The notes under the pieces were generated by a model. It did not search any database. It was not told the origin of the DNA and saw only the letters and a list, made by a program, of their open reading frames with translations. This document shows positions 26,824-40,726 of a stretch of DNA of 64,000 bases, piece by piece (position 1 is the stretch's first letter; every line of letters starts with the position of its first letter). The stretch spans positions 53,227,097-53,291,096 of the forward strand of contig NC_068998.1 in assembly GCF_001194135.2 (NCBI RefSeq). The letters run 5' to 3'. A program made the position numbers and the translations under genes. The DNA comes from Octopus bimaculoides. Taxonomy: Eukaryota.

Positions 26824-27409
26824 GATTGCACTTTGACATGGGGATGCTCTTAACCAGTTCTTACAACACAATTTACGTACTCTTTAGAGCAATGTTTGGT
26901 GAATACAGAGTACGATATCCATTAATGAATGACAAATGAACGTAATGCTCTTCTGCTTTCAGAACCAGGGCATTCAGACCTGAATGGAAGTGCATGTACC
27001 GCACTCCGATTGCATTATTTATAGATGAAACAACTGTGAGATATTGAAGTCAGTTACATGATTTCTGTTGCTTTGTCATTCATTCTTATGCAGACGCACT
27101 TGAGAAAATAAACTCATCCTTTTGCTTCATTCCATGTCATATTTGGAGAACGATTTTATTCAAATGCAGTTGGTATCATTCGCCATTTCATAATTATGGT
27201 ACAAGCCTCTGGTAGCGGAGAAAATGTTAGTAAATCAAGACTTCTGTTCTAAATTATTTGATAATCATGCTTTAATATACAGACACATGCACACACACAT
27301 ACACACTCACACACTCTCACACACGCATATATGCACACACACACACATAAATGTATTCGTATGCACACTCACACGCGCGCACACACCGGAAAATAGACAT
27401 ACATAGAGG

Positions 27410-27450
<41 letters not shown>

Positions 27451-28723
27451 AGAGACTTATACAATCTAGAACCGATTGTTAGAAGTAACTATTGCGGGAT
27501 GCTTTGCTGTGAAATCATGGTAAAGCGTTATATATTATGGCAATCTTATATAATTAACTTTTTAATGGCCTAGAAATGGCAGTTATACTTCGTTCGATTT
27601 GCGTTGTACCTGGTAATTTGCCGCTGCAGCATTATATTTATCACCTGATACGCTGAAATAAATAAGGTCACAGCTTTACAGTAAGGGGATCAATCTAATT
27701 ATGTTACAGGAGTTTTCCTCTATTCAATTATTAGGAGGGACATAAACAGCCAACAGCGTCACAAGTAAACTCACTTCAAATCAAAATGAAATACCTTTTA
27801 GTAATTTGGGAACCAAGATGTTGCTGAGTATAACATTCGTTTATCAGTTTCAGTAGTCGAAGTAGCAATTATGATTTTCGATCGTTTCTCCGGCGTCTAT
27901 AATGCTCCCCAAGAAATCTGTTATTTTCTGCAACTGCATTTCATTCATACATATTAACATGTTTAGTCGTTTACAGATTTCAACCATTATGTTAGCGGAT
28001 CGCTTTAATAAGCTCAATTATGCCATTGTTGACAAGTCTAAACAGTTCTATTGACCACTCGCTACGTTTCGGAATGTAAATGATCATAGCAGTGTTTGTC
28101 AAAAGTCTTTTCGTATTTCATGCCTTGGTGAATAGTTCACACAGATTACACTCCTTCCTTGGTGGCACTTTTCTTATTGTGAACGGATCAACACAAACTG
28201 GAAAATTAAAATCATATTGGGGAAAAAAAAAATCTTATATCCGATTTTGTTTATTTTATAATATTGAAACTGGCCTTTACTTCCGAACCTATGGATTTCA
28301 TAATTTATTCGGTTTTTTCATAGGCACTGCTTTGTCAGCAGAATGATTACCGTTCTCCAAACATCGTTGTAATAAATATTTTCTTCTCATTTTTAACATG
28401 ATAGTTATTCCCATTCGCAGCCATACTAACTTTTTCACATCGCGGACATGTAAATATGTCCATCAATATCTTTATGGGCCAATTGATATGTTTTTAATGT
28501 TTAAACCGGTCAGTGTATGAGTTCAAGTGAAATAGTTTACAGGAAATAACACAAAAATCTCGTTAACATAAAAATAAAATAAAAGTTTGATATCATACAT
28601 ACGTCAGAATTTGAGATTTTCGTGCAAAATTGTTGGTGGCAGAGTGAACACACATTTTATGTCACTTGCGTCACGGAGAGTTTCACCTTTGATATATTCC
28701 CAGATATTTATCGGTGTTCTTTC

Positions 28724-28774
<51 letters not shown>

Positions 28775-29172
28775 GTGTGTGTATGTATGTATGTTTGAGT
28801 GTGCATCTGTTTGTCTGTGTGTGCTTGTATATTTATTTATATATAAAAAAGCAGGACACTAAACCGTGTATAAATTATTTACTACACTCTAAATTTTCAC
28901 AGAGTACTTTTACCCTGGCTAACTATATAATACACACATTTACATACATACATACCTATGACTTTCGTACATACACTCCCTTACAAACATACGCAATCAC
29001 ATTCAATTATATACGTGCTTTTATACTTTTTCTTCTTTTTTATTTGTTCCTTTCATGCATGCATGTAAGCGTGAGCTTCCTGGCGATTATATTTGTATCA
29101 TGAAACTTTAACAAAATACTCTATTTGAGAGAGTCGTAATAAAATAGAAGTGGATCCGGCACACGCACACAG

Positions 29173-29206
<34 letters not shown>

Positions 29207-29563
29207 TCAATAACTGTGATTCAGTCGAATAACTAAAGCATTAGTTCCCCAATGAAAGAGTCCATTAGTTGAAATTTGTAGTTAAAGCCTTTTTTGTTTA
29301 TCTGTGAAGTTACTTGTAGAATATGTTGAATAGAGTCATTAACATCATTTCGAACTCGGTAAATTACATCTGGAGGTTTAAAATTCGTTGGTCTCACTTT
29401 CATGCATAAATGTACATACATTCATACACATACACACACCAACAAACAAACACACACACATACGCATGTACGCATCCACGCACGGCAGCGCGCACACACA
29501 TATATATATAGATATATATATATATATATGCAAAGCTAAATTGATAAGTATTATGTATATATT

Positions 29564-29731
29564 ATAGGCGCAGGATTGATTGTGTGGTAAGTAGCTTGTT
29601 TCCAACCACATGGTCCTGGGTTCAGTCCCACTGTGTGGCAACTTTGGCAAATGTTTTCTACTATAGTCTCGGGCCGACCAAAGCCTTGTAAGTGGATATG
29701 GTAGATGGAAACCGAAAGAAGCCCGTAGTAT

Positions 29732-29789
<58 letters not shown>

Positions 29790-29957
29790 GCATATGTATA
29801 TGTTTGTGTGTCTATATTTGTTCTCCAACCCCCCTCCCCAATATCACTTGACAACCGATGCTGATGTGTTTTCGTCCCAGTAACGTGGCGGTTCCAGTAA
29901 AAGAAACCGATAGAATAAGTACTAGGCTTACAAACAATAAGTCCTGGGTTCGATTTG
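29564..29957 (+). mobile_element. SINE family B, near full length, with internal (TA)n
   Basis: ataggcgcagg…gtgtggtaagtagcttg (A-box-like), ggttcagtccc (B-box-like), head ending gaagcccgtagta, then (TA)n, then the 3' module gacaaccgatgctgatgtg…gatagaataagtactaggcttacaaacaataagtcctggg. Confidence 0.95.
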
Positions 29958-31620
29958 CACCTAAGCTAACTCTTCGGATTTCGGCGGGAGAGAAAAATAA
30001 TAAGAAGTATCTTTAATCAAGGATATTAGTAGTTACCAACTCATTGAAGTGTGCCCAGTGTAAAATATACTAGTACTTAACAGTTCTTCGATCGAAGGAT
30101 TAAGGAAATCCTTAATAGAAGATAATAATAGTTTGCAGTTTCATTGTTGAAATATCAAAGAATATTATGTGTAAACGGTAATAGCTGTTCCATTCTCGAT
30201 ATGTACATACATGTGTGTCTCTGCGTTTATGGTTTGGTACGTAATGCAAGGCGTATCATTCTTTACTCTAGTTGTGTTGCAACTTGATATATGACGGGTA
30301 AGTCTAAATCCCAGCAGAAATTGAAGGCCGGATTCTTTCTCCTCCATTACAGCCATTATCACATTGAGAGGCAAATACCGATTTTCTTTTAGCCAAATGA
30401 TATAATGCAGCATTGTAAATTCAATCGATAATCCTGTGCCGAAATAGCTGAGGATCAAAGAATCCTATATGAAAATGTTTATACATTCATCGGATTCTTT
30501 GAGAATTTTATTATAGATTTTGCTATGCTATTGTCTTTCTTATATATTCATCCAATATAAAACTTATGGAATTACCAGCGAATGGATATTAGAATCTCTG
30601 ACTATATATTTTTCTATCGCTCAGAGCATGTTGTTATATTGTGTAAACTTTTGCTCTCGTTACAACTATGATTAAGTTACTTTCATCTGGATGAATAGGC
30701 AGTGACGTTAATCCTTGCAGACTTTCACATACAGATGAGAACACAATATTGATAACGAAATAAGGAGAAGGGATTAAAACTTGGGCAGTTTGTGCATAGA
30801 TAATACGAGTTTAAGCATGCCAGAGGAGTTTATTACGCAGTATTCGCAGCAAAGATGTCTGAGGAGGTAAACAGCCCGCTCTGAGTCAAGAGCTTTGAAT
30901 TTGATTACGTGCAGCTTTCCTGAACGTGTATTGGCTTGCCTATCTTTATATGCCATCATGAATGTCTTTGTATTATCAGTACAATAGTTGTGCGAAAATT
31001 TACCTTTTGTGGTCCTTATCTGAGTGTTTAGTTGTAGACTTCTTTTGTTGAAGGTCCAATTATTTCCTGGCTCTGAAAAGGAATTAGTATCTCTGAGATG
31101 CATCAACTGCTACTTAGATGTTCATTTTCAAGGAGATCTCTCGAGATGAGGAGGTCTGGTATACGAAGTAGTCTGCTGCGTTCTAATTGGCTTCTTACAT
31201 GTGTACCGGACGGGAGGGAACATTTGTAATACGATTTGATGTTTGCACTCATTGCACTGAATCTGTATTTTGGTATGGAATTTGACAAAATAAATACGAA
31301 ACATACACACGACCTATTTTACATGAATTAAATATCGATTTGGAAAGACGTGTCTAGGTTTCATGTGAATAAAGCTGATGTGTGGAGCTTTAGTGATTAA
31401 TAACAGATGGTATTATCGGTAGAAGAATGAATGTGTTTAAAAGTGTTGGCTAAGAGAGCATTGATGCTTGTGAAAATATGATTGTCTTTACATACACTGT
31501 GCATTTATTGTTTCGGATCAAGACAAAATATGATCCACGCATATGATTCCTAAATTCCGCGGATCTAGGAATTATCACGTGTTTTAATTCTATTGTCTAT
31601 CGTTTAGATTCTTTTACTTG

Positions 31621-31770
31621 TTTCACTCTGGGGAACCGCATTTAGACGAACAAATCGACACCAAGACTTATTCTCTGTAAGCCTAGTACTTATTCTATCG
31701 GTCTCTTTTGCCGAACCGCTAAGTTACTGGGGTTGTCAAGCTATGGTGGGGGAACAAACACAGACACACA

Positions 31771-31834
<64 letters not shown>

Positions 31835-31994
31835 CGACGGGCTACTTTCAGTTTCCATCTACCAAATACACTCACAATGTTCTAGTCGGCTCGAGGCTTT
31901 AGTAGAAGACACTTGTCGAAGGTGCCACGCAGTAGGACTGAACCCGGAACCATGTGGTTGGGAAGCAAGCTTCCTAAAACACAGCCACGCCTGC
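31621..31994 (-). mobile_element. SINE family B, near full length, with internal (TA)n
   Basis: Reverse complement of the 29564 copy: 3' module 31621-31760, (TA)n about 31775-31831, head 31833-31994. Confidence 0.95.
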
Positions 31995-34900
31995 GGTGAT
32001 ATCTACAATATGCTGTATTGCTGCATTATTATCGGGCAATGTGTCGACAACTTACGTTATTAAACCATTGTTATCTCGGATGAAACGCTCTGTCTGAGTG
32101 TCATGTCTTTCTTCAAGTGCATCATATTAATAAACAACAAAAGGCATTTGTCTTTACAATTAATTGCATTGAGAAAACAAATTGTGAGTGTTTGAATTTT
32201 TAAAGGAAACTGTATTTGCTATAATCAAACATTCTGATGAGGAAGATTATCGATTATAAATATATAAACCTACATTTGTTTATTTAAGTTTTATCAACGA
32301 CTCTGCTATGGAGGACACTCTTGACACAACTATAACCCCTTCGGATAATGATTAACTAATGATATCTCCCCAGTAATAACGATTTCAGTGAGGGGAAACG
32401 GTAACCTTTTTCCTGGAAAGGCGAGTGAGATGGCATCATAGCAAAGATAAAGCCTCGTTCGTTAGCTGAATATTTTGAATTCCAGTGTCATGATAGTCAG
32501 TCATTCTCTTTCTTATGTATAAGAATAATTTCTAGGGTCGATTAAACACACAATATCTATTTCTTACGAACAATCCCGCGCTTTGTGCATGTTCAAAGGA
32601 AATCGATTTTCCACTTATATACATTAATCGAGAGGTGAAACGACTATTTTCATACAAATTCTAATGCTGTCCTTTTACTATTTTCTTCTTGGTTTTTTTT
32701 TTCTGTTTTCTTTTTGATAATTCCGGTTTGCCGAGTGTGTGTGTGTTGAGAGAGAGAGAGAGGGGGGTCGCCATTCCATAATTACAAACAGCTTAAAAGA
32801 GTTTTCTTTTCTTATCGTTTATTGTTTGTTCTATACATTAGTTACATATGTCCTTATTATTGTGTTATATTTCATGTCGCTTCTATTGTGGTTACAGTTG
32901 TGGCTTTCTGCCATTTCCTTTTTTCATGTTATTATCACAATTCTTGTACAACAAGAAAACGTTGCTTTTTTATATTCAACATTATCACAGTTGTTATTAT
33001 TGTTGTTGTTGTTATTACATCCCGCTTCAAATGTCTCCTTTGATGATTTCGATGCTGCTCCTGATGTTCATGAAAGTAATGTTTATAATTCTACTCCTAC
33101 GTTTGCTTACTTATCATATACTTATACAACTTAATCGGATTGTTTTCTTCCTGCATGATCTCTAGTGTATGATTAAATGGATTTGGTTTCGATTTTATTT
33201 CCTCAACCGCATTTTACCAAAGTGTCCGCATCATAGATTAACTGTCATCCTGTTGCCTCAGGCTTTTGCCAGCTTGATTATAAAGTAGTATAACATTGTT
33301 TTTTTTTTATTTTGTTTTTCTTAAACGCCCACCTTAGAGAATAGTTAACAAAAATAGCTCATATTATAATCTGCATTTGCCGAATATTTTAGAATCTACA
33401 TTAGATCGGTTTAGTCTTCAATCATTGAATAATTAAAAGAATAGTGTTACAAACAGTTTTACGAAAAATATGGAAAACAGTACCTCATTAAAAGCATGAA
33501 TGTATTTCACTTATTATTTACGTTCTAAGTTGATATATCAGGCGATCCAGCATCGATATTCTAAGTCAAAATAATGTTTCAGTGAAAGAAATGCACTCCA
33601 TCAACTGACGCTCATTTTTATATTTCCATATATAGGACTTTGGTTTATAATGTATGCATATTTTAATTATTCATTAATTAGTGTATTAATCTACGTTTGT
33701 TGGGTTTGGACATCATTATGCATATAGCCTCAGCGGACTTTTCGAGATCAGTGAAATCTGTGCGGTTAAAGTTTTCTTCAAATGGTGAGACATATTTCAA
33801 AATAAACATTGCAGGTGACGTGGAAGGGCAAAGTGCTGGGACGTAAGGATTGCGTTAAGCATTCTGGCATATAGAGTGATGGCTACAATATGGATGAATT
33901 GGAAGATGAGTCTGCGATTTAGAAACACCATATTTTGCTCTCTTAAATTTGGTCTCTGCTGCGACACAACAACAATAATAGCTGCAATAGCATCTTAGCT
34001 TTATGTTCATTTCATTCCCATTTATGGTACATATATGTAGGTTGAAAAGAATGACCGTATTATTAGTAAAAAAAGAAACGAAGTTGATTTTTTCATTGCT
34101 GATAATGAACTGCCAGGCTTCTGCCTCCGAAGAATTATTCAAACATCTTATATATAATTGCCCTTCTCCCTCTTAGCTTAGCTTGATAATTTATATCATA
34201 GAAAACGATTTCTTTCCTTTTTACTGTAGTTCAATTAAACTGCCTTCCTCTCTCAGTAATGCAACAAAGGCAACACCGCTTCATCATTCCCCTGCAATCA
34301 GATAATGTAGATTAGGTTAGGAAGAATTTCAGGACCAGTCAATATCAAACCAACATCGAGTAGCGAAATTCATTATTACTATCTTTGCTGACTTCGCAAC
34401 AATGCCAATTTCTCTATTGGCATTAGCATCATCCATTAACATTACTCTGACCTCATATCTATTTTCTCATTGAAAATGTCATTATCTCTAATTGCTGGTA
34501 TTTTTCGTAATTGCCGATTTAAGCTTAAGTGACGTTTGTCATAGAGAAACTTGATAGACATCAGTTCAAGTTTAATTCTGTTTATTCTAATTACGTAATT
34601 GAGCAATTTGAATAATTCATTTTCTTGAAAATGTAAAGTAGAAAAGGAATTTGTATACTTTTCTGTATATCATGTATGACTACTTAAGAATTCCGTTTTA
34701 TCCGGTATTTCCGCAGTAAGTTTATCCAAGTGGGACTATATAATTCTAGCAAGGAATACTGTAACCGACTCATGATCCAATCAATTGTTAATTTTACAAT
34801 GTTGCAGTGTGGAGCATCAGTGAAAAGTCTCACATCGCATCACAATAAAGTACCTTCAATAAACATCGAGCTGAAATGTAACATTTAATATTTAGATCAA

Positions 34901-35709
34901 ATGAAAGCAGTATAAACTATTAAAGTCGGTACAAATATAGCCACAAATTAAATACGCATCATAAGGAAACCATGACACTCCTGGGATGGTAGTGAAATTA
35001 AATCACTCTGTCATTATGCAGGAACCTATTGTTGTATATGAAATACAGATATATAGATTACAATGGTTTCTTCATATAATTGTCCTATATTAAAATATCC
35101 TTATGAGTTCTTCAGAATATTCCGAAAAATTAATTTTGTATGAAATGTACCTCATAAATATATATCTAAGGAAAAGTATAGACAAAGTTTTGTATCATTT
35201 AATATGGCAATAAATGTGGATTTAAGGAATAAGTACTCTGTTACTTCATTGGTTACACATTCCCATCCATAATTAGAATGATTTACAGTATTTTCAAATC
35301 AATTTAAATCTTCAATTGAATCGATACATGCTATATACCAGTCTTCGATAACCTCTTCCATGCCTGACTTTCTCAATGGCAATCCTAACAAAAATTTACC
35401 ATGAATGCTTTTGTTGGTGGACGCACCTGATGCTGAGACATGTTTCATGCGCTCGGCTTCTCAAAACAGATTGCCCATGCCTACTCTAATGTAGGGCTTG
35501 TACTACCAGAAACTCTCAAATATTCTGATAAGGAAACAATACTGTAGAATCTACCATTGAAGTTATTAGAATAGCCTCATCCTCTAAATCACGAACGATT
35601 CTGTTGCTAAAACTTCCTACGATGAGAATATCTACGAGAAATATACACCATTATTGTACAAGATAAGGTAATCGGTTAGTGCTGTAGAATTTTGACAACA
35701 TTTGCACAA

Positions 35710-35772
35710 AAGTAAACACGGTGGTGCATCAGCATGGCCGCAGCTCTAAGCTGAAACTATAAAAAAAAAAAT
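35710..35772 (+). mobile_element. SINE family B-type 3' terminus with A-tail
   Basis: cggtggtgcatcagcatggccgcagctctaagctgaaactataaaaaaaaaaa resembles the end at 20155-20190. Confidence 0.6.
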
Positions 35773-38700
35773 ATGGAACCCAAATTAGAATCAAAGCATA
35801 GATCTAAGAACGATGTTGGTCTTTTGCTCGGCTGTTCATATGTTTGGTTAAAGTATACAGAAAATATTTCCTAAACTATAGGACAAAGCGTCTAACTGTG
35901 AAATACTAGATATCCATCGCTTTTTCTCTTTAATATCTTCCATTTGCAGCTCGCATTACTAACACAGCAAGAGCCAAAGGCCTTGACCATAGACAATCTA
36001 TTGATCGGAAAGCAATCTATAATTCTTTTTTCAGAACACTTGGCGTAATATGTAACAAATGATAATATATTCTGTCAATATAAGCAATAGCTTGTAGGTT
36101 TAATATAACCTTGGTCTGTGGGATGTTGGAGAGCATTGATTTTGATTTTAATTGGCATAAAAGCTACTGGTTATTTTATAGGTTATATATTGTGACTGGT
36201 GAACTGTTTTATATGCATGTCATCTACAGACATATCATTATTAACATACTGATTTCTTTTTTTTTTCCTGTCTACGCATAAATTTCTATTTTTAAAATTC
36301 ACCTTTCTATAACAACATAGAACAATGTCTTCAGATCAAAACATCAGTAAATATTCTATTCAGTACAAATGTACCGACAAATGGTATAGGCATCATACGT
36401 CTTACTTAACTATGAAAATCTCTGAAGTCAAGACTACATTATTTGAAGTCTAATATGAACTTATCTAGCGTGACTAATGCGCTGAGGCTCAATGTCAAGA
36501 CAATGTACAAACAGCGAGAAATCCACAGCTCATTTTAATTGTCTTATTCATACAACATACATTTCCAACAAGTGTATGAATTCGAATCAAGAACAAGGTG
36601 CAGGCTTTGCGGAATAGTTGATATGTCTCTTTAACCAGTAAATTACTTCAATTGTGGGCCCATTGCGTGAAGCAACGGGAGTTGCATTGTGATGGAAGCA
36701 TTGTCTTTCATCACAAACATACCAGGCGACATACCTCTTTGTAGACGCTCACAGGTCACTAGCTCTTGAATTAATTTTGCCGTGCCACGCATGTTCGCCC
36801 TAAATTATGCCTCGAGATTTTCTCATGTTACTGTCACTAGTAAATACGTTTAATGGGCAGATCTTTCAATTTTGAAAAGAACGGCAGAAGATATTGGAAC
36901 GAAACGATAAGTATATCATTAATTGAATAAACAATTCTATGTTAAAAACTTGTGTCCCATTGTCGCTTTAAAAAACCGAAGGATGTAAAAATTCACCTAG
37001 AAGAGTTTTCTGCCAGTAAAGAGAGCAAATTATTTTGAACTGGGATGAGGGATGCGCCCCCAAGATGGTAGAAAATACTGGGATGAAACTGGAAAGAGAC
37101 CATTGATTGAATAAATGAATTTATATTTAAAATCTGTGTCCTATTTTCGCTTAAAAAAAAACAGAACGAAATTTCTGGCCACATCACAAACCATATTGCC
37201 GTGATATCTAAAACCTTGATCTCAGACTGTTTGGATTGAAATAAATGCGTCTTGAACAGAAAGTTATTTTCATAAATGAATCTTTTTAAGTATCAAAATA
37301 TGAAGGACGCATGTGACGCAGGAAATTGCTTCTGACTGGAATCAGCTTCTATATAAGTAAGAAGTGGAAGAGGCATGCCAAGCAGGAAATTGGATGTATG
37401 CTTTGTTTCTGACACAAGTAGGTTTCACTTGTATGAAACATGATCGATAACATCAGTGTTCGCAGTTGTGAGCATTCATCTTAATAAAGGGTGATCATTA
37501 TCGATGACTGGTAATTGTTACCGTTCAGCATGTTTAGTTAACAAGTGAAATAATACATCATTGTCTCTTTGCCAGTCGGAAAAATAATCAAAAATAGCAC
37601 TTGGTGTAAACATATTAGAGTTTCTAATAATGAAATATTCATTATTGACACCTTTTAATAAAAGTAACTTGTGACGGTCCTGAGTGGAGAAGTCCACGTT
37701 CACCGATCTGTTTCTAGCAATTCAGGGGTAATTCTTGTCGGTTTATTCAATAAATGAGTTACCAAACTTCAGTGAGTTTCTCATTTGGTAATTTTTACAA
37801 AGATTTCAATTTAGAAAAACAAAATCACTCACGACGAATATGACTTGGTAGTTTCGCTGAATTTAATAGAGAGTCTGTGTGAGAATAAACATCATTGTCG
37901 AAAATGGCGTATAGACAAATAAGAAAATGTAATCAAAGCCAATGAGTTTTGGTATCGACGCCCCCAAGCGAAAAAGTAGTGTCGCCAAGACATAAATAGA
38001 GGTAGTCTAGACGTGGTAGAGGAGTTGGGTAGCTGACAAGGAGCAGTCGAGAAGCAGTCGAGTAGCGATCATCCGAAGGTGCTAGATAGCAGTAGCTTGA
38101 GACATAATAGAGTTAATGCTAATAATTTAGCATAATTTTAGAGTTGATATACAATTTTTGGTTCAAAATATCACGAAGGCAATGGTTAGATATTATATTA
38201 AGCATTAAACATCCAGCGTTTTAAATTTTGTTTATCTTGATGCTTCGATTCTTTTACTCACAAATGAATCGTAATGAAGCGCACCATCACAAACATTAAT
38301 GCAGTGTCAATAGATAACACCTTATTTGTCTGACGCATAGTGCCACAGAGTAACAATATTTAATCTCCTGTTAAGCTCTAAGTCATTAGATCCTGATGTT
38401 TTTAGGTATCCTTGTGAATTGTAGCAGTATTCGAGCGACGCAAACGTATGTGCGTTCGCTCGACCACTCACTTTGTACAAAAATATTTAATGGCTGTGGT
38501 TTCTAATAATTTTTCACTCATTCTCTTTCTGCCTGGCTGTGTCTATTTTGTCTTTTATTCAAAACCTCGGTTAAATTCTCTCTAATTGCTGTTATTCAAC
38601 ACATATTTAGATAAGAAGAGAGAACTAACGCTTTTAACAAGCAGTGTTTATTGAGAAAATATCGAACAGACTAACTATTAATTTTTTACCATTTGGAAGT

Positions 38701-39696
38701 TTACTGAGGTTAATAGGCAGCCTGAAGGATAATACATCAACGTTATTGGCATGACTGTGACACAACCAAATAAAACAATAATTCAGCCTTAGTCTTCCAT
38801 ATAATATTAATAATAAATCATATTTTATATTTAGTATGTTATTTTGTTCATTGTATCAAATGCTAGTAGTTTAGATGCTCGTATTCAAAATATTTCAGAG
38901 TTGGTATTATATGAAAAATTGTTTGCATAAGTCCATTGTCTGCTGATGGAGGAATGTCAATGCGGCTGAAGATATTGGAACAGAATTATGTTTCTCAATG
39001 AAACAATAGATCGGTACTTAATGTGTTTTCCTCATTATATCATAATCTATTCATTCGCAAAAATATCACTGATTTCACCTACCTCTTTAAAAATTACATT
39101 AGTTTATTTGAATACAAAATATTTTTCTGTATATATTTCAGCTACTATCTGTCCATGATACTCGTTAGAGAATGATGATTCTTGCGATTTGCATGATTAT
39201 AGTTGTCCAGTTGTTAAATCATAAAATAATTTTTTAATATTGTTATAAGAATCTTGCTTCTAATCGGATTATCTAAATGGTAAGACTTACAGCAAAGTAT
39301 CTCAATATCCTGAGGAGACGCAGTTATTAATTTAAATACTTTTCTATTAAATTATAGTTTCATTGTCTATAAGCATTAAAAATTAATCTATCGATTTCTA
39401 GCTTATACAGGAATATTGTATATATTTTAGTGTGAACATGACAGCTATATTAAAACCACACATGCATTTAGTCTCAAACGTAACTCCATCAACTCATTAT
39501 CGATATTTAGTTGTTTGTCTTCCTGTCTTTACATCTGTGTATACACACACACACACACACACACACANNNNNNNNNNNNNNNNNNNNNNNNNNNNNNNNN
39601 NNNNNNNNNNNNNNNNNNNNNNNNNNNNNNNNNNNNNNNNNNNNNNNNNNNNNNNNNNNNNNNNNNNNNNNNNNNNNNNNNNNNNNNNNNNNNNNN

Positions 39697-39732
<36 letters not shown>

Positions 39733-39734
39733 GC

Positions 39735-39985
39735 AGGACTCTCCGCAGAAGGCAATGAATGAGTGTTTTGCTTTTGCCGAACGACCTGCGCAAATGATTC
39801 GGTTATAGCGATCAAATGTATATGAAGTACACTAGGACACTCCCTCAATAAATTCGACGTTGTGGTCACGTATCGAAACGATCGCGGGGCAACCAGAGAT
39901 GAAAATTTTTGCTCAGAAACACAACGCACCACTCGGTCTCGGAATTGAAGTCGTGATCTGGCGATCGTGAGTGCAATGTCTCAAA
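39735..39985 (-). mobile_element. SINE with a family C-type head and a different body
   Basis: Minus strand gcactcacgatcgccagatcacgacttcaattccgagaccgagtggtgcgttgtgtttctgagcaaaa resembles the head of the 12041 copy; the downstream body differs. Confidence 0.75.
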
Positions 39986-40511
39986 GACGTTAAAATGTTG
40001 GAATGCTTTTTACGTGTTTATGATATTAGAATCGGCCATAACAAAAAAAAAAACAAGTTCATATATTTAGTAATACTAATGCTAGTGGTGGTGTAGTACC
40101 TTACTCAGTGTGTCTAATAGTTTTCTTCAAGCCTAGGTTTTTGACAAAATAACGTGTCCACTGACCAATGAGCAGGAACGTATTGCCTAGAGTTGACTAT
40201 TAGCAGAACAGAAAAATCATACGGCGTTTATATCTTAGGTAATGAAACACGTTTGTGTCACGCACGATTTATCTATGAATAATATCCTGTTAGATTCCTT
40301 GAAATCGCCGCAATTGGCTTGATTGGCACACTTTGATGTTGCTCAATCGAAACACTATGCACAAATTGCTTCAAGAATGAAAGCAAATAAAATGTACCTC
40401 GAAGATTAGCAATTAAGCTTGCAACCAGAGAATAAATTTAGCCTGATCACGTTTCCAAACGTGTATGAAATTCAAACTAGACCTACAGGGATATATATAT
40501 CTACATGTCAT

Positions 40512-40726
40512 AAGGCGGCGAACTGGCAGAAACGTTAGTACGCCGGGCAAAATCCTTAGTGATATTTTGTCTGTCTTTACGTTCAGAGTTCAAATTCGGC
40601 CGAGGTCGACTTTGCCTTTCATCCTTTCGGGGTTGAAAATTAAGTACCAGTTGCGTACTGCGGTAGATCTAATCGACTGGCTCCCTCCCCACAAATTTCA
40701 GGCCTTGTGTCTAGAGTAGAAAAAGG
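40512..40726 (+). mobile_element. SINE family A, full length
   Basis: aaggcggcgaactggcagaaacgttagtacgccgggcaaaat…gttcaaattcggccgaggtcgactttgcctttcatcctttcgggg…aagtaccagttgcgtactg…caaatttcaggccttgtg. Confidence 0.95.

Noticed and set aside
31170-31250. KSYYKCSLPSGTHVRSQLERS on the minus strand, resembling the WRKY zinc-finger segment RSYYKC…VERS
   Set aside because: No WRKYGQK motif, the second Cys and the His ligands are missing, and a short chance match is more likely.
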